Shown piece after piece: positions 8,760-17,898 of a stretch of 28,120 bases of DNA. How positions within the stretch are numbered: position 1 is the stretch's first letter; each line of letters opens with the position of its first letter. The DNA comes from a virus (Duplodnaviria; Heunggongvirae; Uroviricota; Caudoviricetes). Location: the IMG/VR virus record IMGVR_UViG_2690316278_000016. The stretch is one strand, 5' to 3'. A model generated the notes under the pieces. That model saw only the letters and a list, made by a program, of their open reading frames with translations, was not told the DNA's origin and ran no database searches. The position numbers and the translations under genes were made by a program.

Positions 8760-9103
8760 GTCTAGTTCCCTTAACAAGTGTTAAAAATTGAAGCGGATAG
8801 CATACCGCATAGATCATGAAAAATGCCATCATGTGCATGGATTTGCATGCGTCAGAAGTCGCTTTTATTGTTAGTTATCACTAGCGCTGGCGTGCTCTTG
8901 GAGTGTTCATGCAACTGCATTAAAACCGCCCCATGAAGCGGGCGGGCGAGGCGGGGAAAGCACTGCGCGCTGGCGGTGGTGCTGATTTTATTTTCCAGCG
9001 TCTCAGCGCGTCGTGACGGCGCTTAGTCTGCCCGTTGGGCGTTGGTGTGTCTGCGGGATTTTTTGTGCGGTGATGAGCGTGTGAGGGCGTGATGGCGGGG
9101 TGT

Positions 9104-9125
9104 AAAAAAGCCGCCCGCAGGCGGC
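9104..9125 (-). terminator. Rho-independent terminator downstream of portal gene Q
   Basis: GCCGCC-CGCA-GGCGGC hairpin at 9110-9125 followed on the minus strand by a 6-nt U-run (plus-strand AAAAAA at 9104-9109), 5 nt after the Q stop. Confidence 0.55.
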
Positions 9126-9130
9126 GATGT

Positions 9131-10165
9131 TCAGCCGTTGTCAGTGTCCAGTGAGTAGTTTTTAAAGCGGATGACCTCCTGACCGAGCCAGCCGTTTATC
9201 TCGCGGATCCTGTCCTGTAACGGGATAAGCTCATTGCGGACAAAGACCTTTGCCACTTTCTCAATATCACCCAGCGACCCGACGTTCTCCGGCTTGCCCC
9301 CCATCAACTGAAAGGGGATGCGGTGCGCGTCCAGCAGGTCAGCGGCGCTGGCTTTTTTGATATTAAAAAAATCGTCCTTCGTTGCCACTTCACTGAGCGG
9401 GATAATTTTAATGCCGTCGGCTTTCCCCTGTGGGGCATAGAGAAACAGATTTTTAAAGTTATTGCGGCCTTTCGACTTAACCATGTTTTCGCGAAGCATT
9501 TCGATATCGTTGCGATCCTGCACGGCATCGGTGACGTACATGATGTATCCGGCATGTGCGCCGTTTTCGTAATACTTGCGGCGGAACAGCGTGGCCGACT
9601 CATTCAGCCATGCAGAGTTAAGGGCGCTGAGATATTCCGGCAGGCCGTACAGCTCCTGATTAATATCAGGCTCCAGCAGGTGAAACACGGAGCCGGGCGC
9701 GAAGGCTGTCGGCTCGTTGAAGGACGGCACCCACCAGTAAACATCCTCCTCCACGCCACGACGGGTATATTTGGCCGGTGAGGTTTCCAGTCTGATGACC
9801 TTACCGGTGGTGCTGTAACGCTTTTCCAGAAACGCATTACCGAACACCAGAAAATCCAGCACAAAACGGCTGAAATCCTGCTGGGAAAGCCACGGGTGCG
9901 GGATAAACGTTGAAGCCAGAATATTACGTTTGACGTAAATCGGTGAGCTGTGATGCACGGCAGCACGCAGGCTTTTTGCCAGACCGGTAAAGCTGACCGG
10001 CGGCTCATACCATCTGCCGTTACTGATGCACTCGACGTAATCCAGAATGTCACGGCGGTCGAGTACCGGCACCGGCTCACCAAAGGTGAATGCTTCCATT
10101 TTCGGGGCGCTGGCGGTGATTGTTTTTGCCGCAGGTCGCGGTGTTTTCCCTTTTTTCTTGCTCAT
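9131..10165 (-). CDS. Q: Portal protein (P2 gpQ-like)
   Basis: 344-aa ORF, same length as P2 Q, immediately downstream of the terminase with a TGATG stop/start overlap. Confidence 0.88.
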   Translation of the reverse strand: MSKKKGKTPRPAAKTITASAPKMEAFTFGEPVPVLDRRDILDYVECISNGRWYEPPVSFTGLAKSLRAAVHHSSPIYVKRNILASTFIPHPWLSQQDFSRFVLDFLVFGNAFLEKRYSTTGKVIRLETSPAKYTRRGVEEDVYWWVPSFNEPTAFAPGSVFHLLEPDINQELYGLPEYLSALNSAWLNESATLFRRKYYENGAHAGYIMYVTDAVQDRNDIEMLRENMVKSKGRNNFKNLFLYAPQGKADGIKIIPLSEVATKDDFFNIKKASAADLLDAHRIPFQLMGGKPENVGSLGDIEKVAKVFVRNELIPLQDRIREINGWLGQEVIRFKNYSLDTDNG

Positions 10166-11937
10166 CAGTAAAACTCCAGAATGGTGGATGTCAGCGGAGT
10201 GCTGATACCGGCGGTGAGTGGCTCATTTAACAGGGCGTGCATGGTTGCCCAGGCGAGGTCGGCGTGGCTGGCTTCCTCGCTGCGGCTGGCCTCATAGGTG
10301 GCACTGCGTCCGCTGCTGGTCATGGTCTTGCGGATAGCCATGAACGAGCTGGTGATGTCGGTGGCGCTGACGTCATATTCCAGACAGCCACGGCGGATGA
10401 CGTCTTTGGCCTTGAGCACCATTGCGGTTTTCATTTCCGGCGTGTAGCGGATATCGCGCGCGGCGGGATAGAACGAGCGCACGAGCTGGAACACGCCGAC
10501 ACCGAGGCCGGTGGCATCAATACCGATGTATTCGACGTTGTATTTTTCGGTGAGTTTGCGGATGGACTCCGCCTGGGTGGCAAAGTCCATGCCTTTCCAC
10601 TGGTGACGCTCAAGTATTCTGAATTTGCCACCGGCCACCACCGGCGGTGCCAGCACCACGCATCCGGCGCTGTCGCCACGGTGTGACGGGTCGTAACCAA
10701 TCCATACCGGGCGGGAGCCGAACGGATTTGCGGCAAACGGCGCGTAGTCTTCCCATTCTTCCAGCGTGTCGACCATGCAGCGTTGCAGCTCCTCGAACGG
10801 GAACACCGATACCTTGTCGTCAACAAATTCACACATGAACAGGTTTTTAAAATCGTCGGCGCTGTTTTCGCGTTTGAGCTGCTCAATGTCGAACAATGTG
10901 CAGCCGCCTTTCAGGGCGTCCTCAATGGTGACAATCTGCCGCCACTGGCCGTCCGCACAGAGAAGACCACCGGCAAGGGCGTTATGACTGACGTCGATTT
11001 CCACACGTTCGGCGGCGCTGGCGCGTCCCCGGTTGAACAGTTCACCCGACCAGAACGGGTAGGCGTCGTGCGCCAGCGTGGACGGGGTGGAGAAATAGGT
11101 CGAGCGCAGGTGACTCTGTGAGGCCATACCTGATGCCACCTTACGCAGTACCTGAAAATTCGGGATCCAGAAAATCTCGTCGACGTACAGGTCGCCGTTA
11201 TGGCTCTGTGCGGTGTTGGAGTTGGTGCCGAGAAAAATCAGTTTTGCGCCGTTATTGCCCAGGACAATCGGGTCACCGGTCAGGTCAACGTCAACCAGAC
11301 GAGCAAAGGCGATGATGTATTCACGGAACACATACGCCTGCGTTTTACTGGCCGACAGAAAAATCTGGTTATGGCCGGTTTTCAGGGCGCGCAGCAGCGC
11401 CTCGCGGGAAAAATAAAACGTCGCGCCAATCTGGCGGGATTTCAGGATATCGCGGATGCGGTGCTCAAGCCCGGCACGATACCAGTGCAACTGATAGTCG
11501 AAAGACTGCTCAAAGAAAATCTGCTCCAGCTTTTCGATGGCCTCGTCACTGAAAAAATTCTTTTTCGGTTTGCGACGCCCGCCTTTGTTGCGGTTAGCGA
11601 TGTTCGGATTAAGGTCTGCCTCGTTGCCGGTCTGGCTGTAGCGGTTTACCCGTGCCAGTCGTTCAATCTGGCGTCCGAGCAGGTCAATTTCCTTGAAGTC
11701 ACCGCCGGTTTTCTGCGGTTTGATGATGAGCTGGGTCAGCCGCGCTTCCAGACTCATTTCGACACGGCTGATGGGGGCAACACTGTCCCAGCCGTCGCGC
11801 TGTTTCCAGCTCTGCACCGTCGGGCGTTTCATCTGCAACATGGCGGCAATCTGCGGCACGGAAAACCCCTGCCAGTACAGCAGCGCCGCCTGACGACGCG
11901 GGTCGTGTAAAAGAGTGGTGTCTGTGGTGATGGTCAT
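10165..11937 (-). CDS. P: Terminase large (ATPase) subunit (P2 gpP-like)
   Basis: About 590 aa from ATG at 11937 (MTITTDTTLL...); ORF track's 600-aa version begins at an upstream non-ATG start. Confidence 0.88.
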   Translation of the reverse strand: MTITTDTTLLHDPRRQAALLYWQGFSVPQIAAMLQMKRPTVQSWKQRDGWDSVAPISRVEMSLEARLTQLIIKPQKTGGDFKEIDLLGRQIERLARVNRYSQTGNEADLNPNIANRNKGGRRKPKKNFFSDEAIEKLEQIFFEQSFDYQLHWYRAGLEHRIRDILKSRQIGATFYFSREALLRALKTGHNQIFLSASKTQAYVFREYIIAFARLVDVDLTGDPIVLGNNGAKLIFLGTNSNTAQSHNGDLYVDEIFWIPNFQVLRKVASGMASQSHLRSTYFSTPSTLAHDAYPFWSGELFNRGRASAAERVEIDVSHNALAGGLLCADGQWRQIVTIEDALKGGCTLFDIEQLKRENSADDFKNLFMCEFVDDKVSVFPFEELQRCMVDTLEEWEDYAPFAANPFGSRPVWIGYDPSHRGDSAGCVVLAPPVVAGGKFRILERHQWKGMDFATQAESIRKLTEKYNVEYIGIDATGLGVGVFQLVRSFYPAARDIRYTPEMKTAMVLKAKDVIRRGCLEYDVSATDITSSFMAIRKTMTSSGRSATYEASRSEEASHADLAWATMHALLNEPLTAGISTPLTSTILEFY

Positions 11938-12110
11938 GAATACCTCGCCGTGATGAATACACGGCAAGGCTACTGAGTCGCGCCCCGCGATTCGCTAATG
12001 TGCTGTTGTGTCAGTGATAAACCATCCGGGACTGATGGCGGAGGATGCGCATCGTCGGGAAACTGATGCCGACATGTGACTCCTCTAATCACTATTCAGG
12101 ACTCCTGACA
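11938..12110. promoter_or_regulatory. Divergent late-promoter region between the P-Q and O-N-M-L operons
   Basis: Intergenic region between divergently oriented terminase and scaffold genes; no confident Ogr-type TGT-N12-ACA dyad found by eye. Confidence 0.35.
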
Positions 12111-12965
12111 ATGGCAAAAAAAGTCTCAAAATTCTTTCGTATCGGCGTTGAGGGTGACACCTGTGACGGGCGTGTCATCAGTGCGCAGGATATTCAGGAA
12201 ATGGCCGAAACCTTTGACCCGCGTGTCTATGGTTGCCGCATTAACCTGGAACATCTGCGCGGCATCCTGCCTGACGGTATTTTTAAGCGTTATGGCGATG
12301 TGGCCGAACTGAAGGCCGAAAAGATTGACGATGATTCGGCGCTGAAAGGCAAATGGGCGCTGTTTGCGAAAATCACCCCGACCGATGACCTTATCGCGAT
12401 GAACAAGGCCGCGCAGAAGGTCTACACCTCAATGGAAATTCAGCCGAACTTTGCCAACACCGGCAAATGTTATCTGGTGGGTCTGGCCGTCACCGATGAC
12501 CCGGCAAGCCTCGGCACGGAATACCTGGAATTCTGCCGCACGGCAAAACACAACCCCCTGAACCGCTTCAAATTAAGCCCTGAAAACCTGATTTCAGTGG
12601 CAACGCCTGTTGAGCTGGAATTTGAAGACCTGCCTGAAACCGTGTTCACCGCCCTGACCGAAAAGGTGAAATCCATTTTTGGCCGCAAACAGGCCAGCGA
12701 TGATGCCCGTCTGAATGACGTGCATGAAGCGGTGACCGCTGTTGCTGAACATGTGCAGGAAAAACTGAGCGCCACTGAGCAGCGCCTCGCTGAGATGGAA
12801 ACCGCCTTTTCTGCACTTAAGCAGGAGGTGACTGACAGGGCGGATGAAACCAGCCAGGCATTCACCCGCCTGAAAAACAGTCTCGACCACACCGAAAGTC
12901 TGACCCAGCAGCGCCGCAGCAAGGCCACCGGTGGTGGCGGTGACGCCCTGATGACGAACTGCTGA
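12111..12965 (+). CDS. O: Capsid scaffolding protein (P2 gpO-like)
   Basis: ATG at 12111 (MAKKVSKFF...), about 284 aa, first gene of the rightward late operon. Confidence 0.85.
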   Translation: MAKKVSKFFRIGVEGDTCDGRVISAQDIQEMAETFDPRVYGCRINLEHLRGILPDGIFKRYGDVAELKAEKIDDDSALKGKWALFAKITPTDDLIAMNKAAQKVYTSMEIQPNFANTGKCYLVGLAVTDDPASLGTEYLEFCRTAKHNPLNRFKLSPENLISVATPVELEFEDLPETVFTALTEKVKSIFGRKQASDDARLNDVHEAVTAVAEHVQEKLSATEQRLAEMETAFSALKQEVTDRADETSQAFTRLKNSLDHTESLTQQRRSKATGGGGDALMTNC

Positions 12966-13023
12966 CCGGCGTCAGTCAGTCCGGGAAAACCTTCACGATT
13001 AACCCTTAATTTCAGGAAAAACT

Positions 13024-14129
13024 ATGCGCCAGGAAACCCGCTTTAAATTTAATGCTTACCTGTCCCGTGTTGCCGAGCTGAACGGCATCGACGCCGGTGA
13101 TGTGTCGAAAAAATTCACCGTTGAACCGTCGGTCACCCAGACCCTGATGAACACCATGCAGGAGTCCTCTGACTTTCTGACCCGCATCAACATTGTGCCG
13201 GTCAGTGAAATGAAAGGGGAAAAAATTGGCATCGGTGTCACCGGCTCCATCGCCAGCACCACCGACACCGCCGGTGGCACCGAGCGTCAGCCGAAGGACT
13301 TCTCGAAGCTGGCGTCAAACAAGTACGAATGCGACCAGGTTAACTTCGATTTTTATATCCGCTACAAAACGCTTGACCTGTGGGCGCGTTATCAGGATTT
13401 CCAGCTCCGTATCCGTAACGCCATTATCAAACGCCAGTCCCTTGATTTCATCATGGCCGGTTTTAACGGCGTGAAGCGTGCCGAAACCTCTGACCGCAAC
13501 AGTAATCCGATGCTGCAGGATGTGGCGGTCGGCTGGCTGCAGAAATACCGAATGAAGCCCCGGCGCGCGTGATGAGCAAGGTCACTGACGAGGAAGGCCG
13601 CACCACCTCTGAGGTTATCCGCGTGGGTAAGGGCGGTGATTATGTAAGCCTCGATGNNNNNNNNNNNNNNNNNNNNNNNNNNNNNNNNNNNNNGGTGATG
13701 GATGCGACCAACAACCTGATTGAACCTTGGTATCAGGAAGACCCTGACCTTGTGGTGATTGTGGGGCGTCAGCTACTGGCGGACAAGTATTTCCCTATCG
13801 TCAACAAGGAGCAGGATAACAGCGAGATGCTGGCCGCTGACGTCATCATCAGCCAGAAACGCATCGGTAACCTGCCGGCGGTACGCGTCCCGTACTTCCC
13901 GGCGGATGCGATGCTCATCACGAAGCTGGAAAACCTGTCCATCTACTACATGGATGACAGCCATCGCCGCGTGATTGTGGAAAACCCGAAACTCGACCGC
14001 GTGGAGAACTACGAGTCAATGAACATTGATTACGTGGTGGAGGACTACGCCGCCGGTTGTCTGGTGGAAAAAATTAAGGTCGGTGATTTCTCCACACCGG
14101 CTAAAGCGACCGCAGAGCCGGGAGCGTAA
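13024..14129 (+). pseudogene. N: Major capsid protein (P2 gpN-like), reading frame broken near 13550 and containing a 37-nt N-gap (13657-13693)
   Basis: Two consecutive ORFs (13024-13572 and 13569-14129) in different frames together span about 368 codons, the expected size for gpN; may be a true frameshift or a sequencing indel. Confidence 0.75.
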
Positions 14130-14132
14130 CCG

Positions 14133-14876
14133 ATGACGAGTCCCGCACAGCGCCACATGATGCGGGTCTCGGCAGCGATGACCGCGCAGCGGGAAGCCGC
14201 CCCGCTGCGACATGCAACTGTCTATGAGCAGATGCTGGTCAAGCTGGCCGCAGACCAGCGCACACTGAAAGCGATTTATTCAAAAGAGCTGAAGGCCGCG
14301 AAAAAACGCGAACTGCTGCCGTTCTGGTTGCCGTGGGTGAACGGCGTGCTGGAGCAGGGCAAAGGTGCACAGGATGACATTCTGATGACGGTCATGCTGT
14401 GGCGTCTGGATACCGGCGATATTGCCGGTGCGCTGGAGATTGCCCGTTATGCCCTGAAGTACGGTCTGACCATGCCGGGTAAACACCGCCGCACCCCGCC
14501 GTACATATTCACCGAGGAGGTGGCGCTTGCGGCCATGCGCGCTCACGCTGCCGGTGAGTCTGTGGATCCCCGCCTGCTGACGGACACCCTCGAACTGACC
14601 GCCACGGCTGACATGCCTGATGAAGTGCGCGCAAAGCTGCACAAAATCACCGGTCTGTTTCTGCGTGACGCTGGTGATGCCGCAGGTGCGCTGGTACACC
14701 TGCAACGTGCGACACAGCTCGACTGTCAGGCAGGCGTCAAAAAAGAGATTGAACGACTGGAGCGGGAGCTGAAACCGAAGCCGGAGCCGCAGCCCAAAGC
14801 GGCCACCCGCACTCCGCGTAAGACCCGGAGCGTGACACCGGCAAAACGTGGACGCCCGAAAAAGAAAGCCAGTTAA
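14133..14876 (+). CDS. M: Terminase small/endonuclease subunit (P2 gpM-like)
   Basis: 247-aa ORF with basic Lys/Arg-rich C-terminus, position after capsid gene. Confidence 0.82.
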   Translation: MTSPAQRHMMRVSAAMTAQREAAPLRHATVYEQMLVKLAADQRTLKAIYSKELKAAKKRELLPFWLPWVNGVLEQGKGAQDDILMTVMLWRLDTGDIAGALEIARYALKYGLTMPGKHRRTPPYIFTEEVALAAMRAHAAGESVDPRLLTDTLELTATADMPDEVRAKLHKITGLFLRDAGDAAGALVHLQRATQLDCQAGVKKEIERLERELKPKPEPQPKAATRTPRKTRSVTPAKRGRPKKKAS

Positions 14877-14975
14877 CAACCGAATGCGCCCCGCGCCAGG
14901 GCGGCACGCCGGTCAGTGACGGTGAATCACCTGACACTGCACCGGCGTCCACCGCCCGACTTTTCAGAGGTAGTC

Positions 14976-15485
14976 ATGATGACGCTGATTATTCCGCGAA
15001 AGGAGGCTCCCGTGTCCGGTGAGGGTACGGTGGTTATCCCGCAACCGGCAGGCGACGAGCCGGTGATTAAAAACACGTTCTTTTTTCCCGATATTGACCC
15101 GAAGCGCGTCCGGGAACGTATGCGCCTTGAGCAGACCGTCGCCCCCGCCCGTCTGCGTGAGGCCATCAAGTCAGGCATGGCGGAGACGAATGCGGAGCTG
15201 TACGAGTACCGCGAACAGAAAATTGCTGCCGGTTTTTCGCGTCTGGCTGACGTCCCGGCGGACGACATCGACGGTGAAAGCATCAAAGTTTTTTACTACG
15301 AGCGCGCTGTGTGTGCGATGGCGACCGCGTCGCTTTATGAGCGTTACCGCGGCGTGGATGCCAGTGCCAAGGGCGACAAGAAGGCCGACAGCATTGACAG
15401 CACCATTGATGAGCTGTGGCGGGATATGCGCTGGGCGGTGGCGCGTATCCAGGACAAGCCGCGCTGCATCGTGAGTCAAATCTGA
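14976..15485 (+). CDS. L: Head completion/stabilisation protein (P2 gpL-like)
   Basis: 169 aa from ATG 14976 (MMTLIIPRK...); ORF track's 189-aa version starts upstream. Confidence 0.8.
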   Translation: MMTLIIPRKEAPVSGEGTVVIPQPAGDEPVIKNTFFFPDIDPKRVRERMRLEQTVAPARLREAIKSGMAETNAELYEYREQKIAAGFSRLADVPADDIDGESIKVFYYERAVCAMATASLYERYRGVDASAKGDKKADSIDSTIDELWRDMRWAVARIQDKPRCIVSQI

Positions 15486-15688
15486 TGAAGACCTTTGCGC
15501 TACAGGGCGACACGCTCGACGCCATTTGTGTTCGGTATTACGGGCGCACTGAGGGCGTGGTCGAGGCCGTGCTCGCCGCAAATCCGGGACTGGCTGAACT
15601 GGGGGCGGTGCTGCCACACGGCACCGCCGTCGAACTGCCCGACGTTCAGACCGCGCCCGTGGCTGAAACTGTCAATCTGTGGGAGTAA
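15485..15688 (+). CDS. X: Tail protein X-like (small LysM-like protein)
   Basis: 67 aa from ATG 15485 (MKTFALQGDTLDAI...), TGATG overlap with L. Confidence 0.75.
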   Translation: MKTFALQGDTLDAICVRYYGRTEGVVEAVLAANPGLAELGAVLPHGTAVELPDVQTAPVAETVNLWE

Positions 15689-15691
15689 CGC

Positions 15692-15973
15692 ATGACAGCA
15701 GAAGAAAAAAGCGTCCTGTCGCTTTTCATGATTGGGGTGCTGATTGTTGTCGGCAAGGTGCTTGCCGGTGGTGAACCCATCACTCCGCGTCTGTTTATCG
15801 GGCGCATGTTGCTCGGTGGTTTTGTCTCGATGGTTGCCGGTGTTGTTCTGGTGCAGTTTCCTGACCTGTCACTGCCTGCGGTGTGCGGCATCGGCTCCAT
15901 GCTGGGTATCGCCGGTTATCAGGTGATTGAGATTGCCATTCAGCGCCGCTTTAAGGGCAGGGGGAAACCGTAA
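15692..15973 (+). CDS. Y: Holin (P2 gpY-like)
   Basis: 93 aa with hydrophobic transmembrane stretches (LSLFMIGVLIVVGKVLAGG, LLGGFVSMVAGVVLV), directly upstream of the endolysin. Confidence 0.85.
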   Translation: MTAEEKSVLSLFMIGVLIVVGKVLAGGEPITPRLFIGRMLLGGFVSMVAGVVLVQFPDLSLPAVCGIGSMLGIAGYQVIEIAIQRRFKGRGKP

Positions 15974-16470
15974 TGCCGGTAATTAGCACACATCAGAATA
16001 TCGCCGCCTTTCTCGACATGCTGGCCGTGTCCGAAGGGACGGCGAATCATCCGCTGACGAAAAACCGGGGCTATGACGTGATAGTCACCGGACTGGACGG
16101 GAAGCCGGAAATCTTCACCGACTACAGTGACCACCCGTTCGCACATGGCCGACCGGCGAAGGTGTTTAACCGTCGCGGTGAAAAATCCACGGCCTCCGGT
16201 CGCTATCAGCAGCTTTACCTGTTCTGGCCGCACTACCGCAAACAGCTTGCCCTGCCGGATTTCAGTCCGTTGTCACAGGACAGGCTCGCCATTCAGTTGA
16301 TCCGCGAACGCGGTGCACTGGATGACATCCGGGCGGGACGCATTGAGCGCGCCATTTCACGCTGTCGCAATATCTGGGCGTCCCTGCCGGGTGCCGGTTA
16401 CGGTCAGCGTGAGCATTCACTGGAAAAACTGGTCACCGTCTGGCGCACCGCTGGCGGCGTACCGGCTTAA
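15973..16470 (+). CDS. K: Endolysin, lysozyme-like (P2 gpK-like)
   Basis: 165 aa, TAATG overlap with holin; position in the lysis cassette. Confidence 0.85.
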   Translation: MPVISTHQNIAAFLDMLAVSEGTANHPLTKNRGYDVIVTGLDGKPEIFTDYSDHPFAHGRPAKVFNRRGEKSTASGRYQQLYLFWPHYRKQLALPDFSPLSQDRLAIQLIRERGALDDIRAGRIERAISRCRNIWASLPGAGYGQREHSLEKLVTVWRTAGGVPA

Positions 16471-16484
16471 ACGGAGTAAACACC

Positions 16485-16910
16485 ATGAAGAAATTATCCC
16501 TTTCACTGATGCTGAACGTGTCGCTGGCGCTGATGCTGGCACTGTCCCTGATTTACCCGCAGAGCGTGGCCGTCAGTTTTGTCGCTGCATGGGCGATTCT
16601 GGCGACGGTTATCTGTGTGATTGCCGGTGGTGTCGGCGTGTATGCCGCGGAGTATGTGCTGGAACGCTACGGGCGGGAGCTGCCGCCGGAATCGCTGGCC
16701 GTGAAGATTGTCACGTCGCTGTTTTTGCAGCCGGTGCCGTGGCGCAGACGGGCAGCGGCTCTGATGGTGATGGTGGCGACGTTTATCTCGCTGGTCGCTG
16801 CCGGGTGGATTTTTACCGCACTGATTTATCTCGTGGCATCGCTGTTTTTCCGGCTGATACGTACGGCCTGCCGTCAGCGTCTTGAGGGGCGGGAACCATG
16901 TCAAAACTGA
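16485..16910 (+). CDS. lysA: LysA-like membrane protein (lysis timing)
   Basis: 141 aa with multiple hydrophobic helices, follows endolysin. Confidence 0.75.
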   Translation: MKKLSLSLMLNVSLALMLALSLIYPQSVAVSFVAAWAILATVICVIAGGVGVYAAEYVLERYGRELPPESLAVKIVTSLFLQPVPWRRRAAALMVMVATFISLVAAGWIFTALIYLVASLFFRLIRTACRQRLEGREPCQN

Positions 16911-17323
16911 TGATTGTGCTGGTTGTGTTGTTATCGCTGGCGGTGGCCGGTCTGTTTCTGGTGAAACACAAAAATGCCAGCCTGCGCGCCTTGCTGGACA
17001 GGGCGAACAACGTCGCCAGTGAACAGCAGACGACCATCACCATGCTGAAAAACCAGCTTCATGTTGCCCTCACCAGGGCAGACAAAAACGAGCTGGCGCA
17101 GGTGGCACTGCGTCAGGAACTGGAGAACGCCGCGAAGCGTGAAGCTCAGCGCGAGAAAACCATCACGAGGTTACTTAATGAAAACGAAGATTTTCGCCGC
17201 TGGTACGGTGCTGACCTGCCTGATGCTGTGCGCCGGTTGCACCAGCGCACAGCCTGCGCAGACGCCAGTGATTGTCCACAACGCCTGCCCGAAAGTGAGC
17301 CTTTGCCCGATGCCGGGCAGTGA
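16898..17323 (+). CDS. lysB: LysB, Rz-like inner-membrane spanin
   Basis: 141 aa, N-terminal TM segment (LMIVLVVLLSLAVAGLFLV) followed by charged coiled-coil-like region. Confidence 0.75.
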   Translation: MSKLMIVLVVLLSLAVAGLFLVKHKNASLRALLDRANNVASEQQTTITMLKNQLHVALTRADKNELAQVALRQELENAAKREAQREKTITRLLNENEDFRRWYGADLPDAVRRLHQRTACADASDCPQRLPESEPLPDAGQ

Positions 17324-17468
17324 CCCGCAGACGAACGGCGATTTAAGTGCTGATATCCGGCAGCTTGAGAACGCGCTGGCACGCTGTGCCAGCCAGGTAA
17401 AAATGATTAAACACTGTCAGGACGAAAACGATGCTCAAACCCGACAGCCTGCGCAGGGCGCTGACTGA
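17178..17468 (+). CDS. lysC: LysC, Rz1-like outer-membrane lipoprotein spanin, embedded in an alternative frame of lysB
   Basis: MKTKIFAAGTVLTCLMLCAGC lipoprotein signal peptide with lipobox LCAGC; starts inside lysB and extends past its stop. Confidence 0.7.
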   Translation: MKTKIFAAGTVLTCLMLCAGCTSAQPAQTPVIVHNACPKVSLCPMPGSDPQTNGDLSADIRQLENALARCASQVKMIKHCQDENDAQTRQPAQGAD

Positions 17469-17898
17469 TGCCGTCACGGTGCTGAAAACAAGCCCCGAGA
17501 TGCTGCGGATATTCGTGGATAACGGGAGTATTGCCTCCACACTGGCGACGTCGCTGTCATTCGAAAAGCGTTACACGCTCAACGTGATTGTGACCGACTT
17601 TACCGGTGATTTTGACCTGCTCATCGTGCCGGTGCTGGCGTGGCTGCGGGAAAATCAGCCCGACATCATGACCACCGACGAAGGCCAGAAAAAGGGCTTC
17701 ACGTTTTATGCAGACATCAACAATGACAGCAGCTTTGATATCAGCATCAGCCTGATGCTGACCGAGCGCACGCTGGTCAGTGAGGTGGACGGCGCGCTGC
17801 ATGTGAAGAATATCCCGGAACCTCCGCCGCCGGAGCCGGTCACCCGCCCGATGGAGCTTTATATCAATGGCGAACTGGTGAGTAAGTGGGATGAATGA
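17431..17898 (+). CDS. R: Tail completion protein R-like
   Basis: 155-aa ORF, size and position match P2 R. Confidence 0.8.
   Translation: MLKPDSLRRALTDAVTVLKTSPEMLRIFVDNGSIASTLATSLSFEKRYTLNVIVTDFTGDFDLLIVPVLAWLRENQPDIMTTDEGQKKGFTFYADINNDSSFDISISLMLTERTLVSEVDGALHVKNIPEPPPPEPVTRPMELYINGELVSKWDE

Noticed and set aside
5880-8777. Considered whether the hotspot cargo is P2 tin/old
   Set aside because: Old is a large ATPase/nuclease and tin a distinct protein; neither Walker-type ATPase motifs nor comparable sizes are seen. The genes here carry m5C-MTase, DUF262 and HEPN signatures instead.
9304-10171. ORFs overlapping the portal gene (9304-9603, 9323-9781, 9604-10083, 9950-10171)
   Set aside because: Alternative-frame or antisense ORFs inside the portal CDS; no start context or motifs; the portal frame gives the coherent protein.
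10237-11962. Multiple long ORFs antisense to or in alternative frames of the terminase gene (e.g. 10237-10686, 10431-10886, 10783-11121, 11200-11910, 11699-11962)
   Set aside because: They lie entirely within the well-supported terminase CDS in a GC-rich region where spurious open frames are common; translations are low-complexity Arg/Ala/Gly-rich with no recognisable motifs.
12470-13474. Antisense and alternative-frame ORFs within the scaffold and capsid genes (12470-12928, 12594-12890, 13056-13280, 13226-13474)
   Set aside because: Overlap strongly supported late genes; no independent evidence.
14280-16233. Several minus-strand or alternative-frame ORFs across M, L, X, Y and K (e.g. 14280-14879, 14927-15286, 15171-15617, 15646-15900, 15940-16233)
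   Set aside because: All embedded in the tightly packed late/lysis operon on the other strand; products are Arg/Pro-rich low-complexity; considered chance ORFs.
16313-16904. ORFs 16313-16885 (+) and 16503-16904 (-) overlapping K and lysA
   Set aside because: Alternative frame/antisense of lysA; the lysA frame encodes a plausible multi-helix membrane protein whereas these do not.
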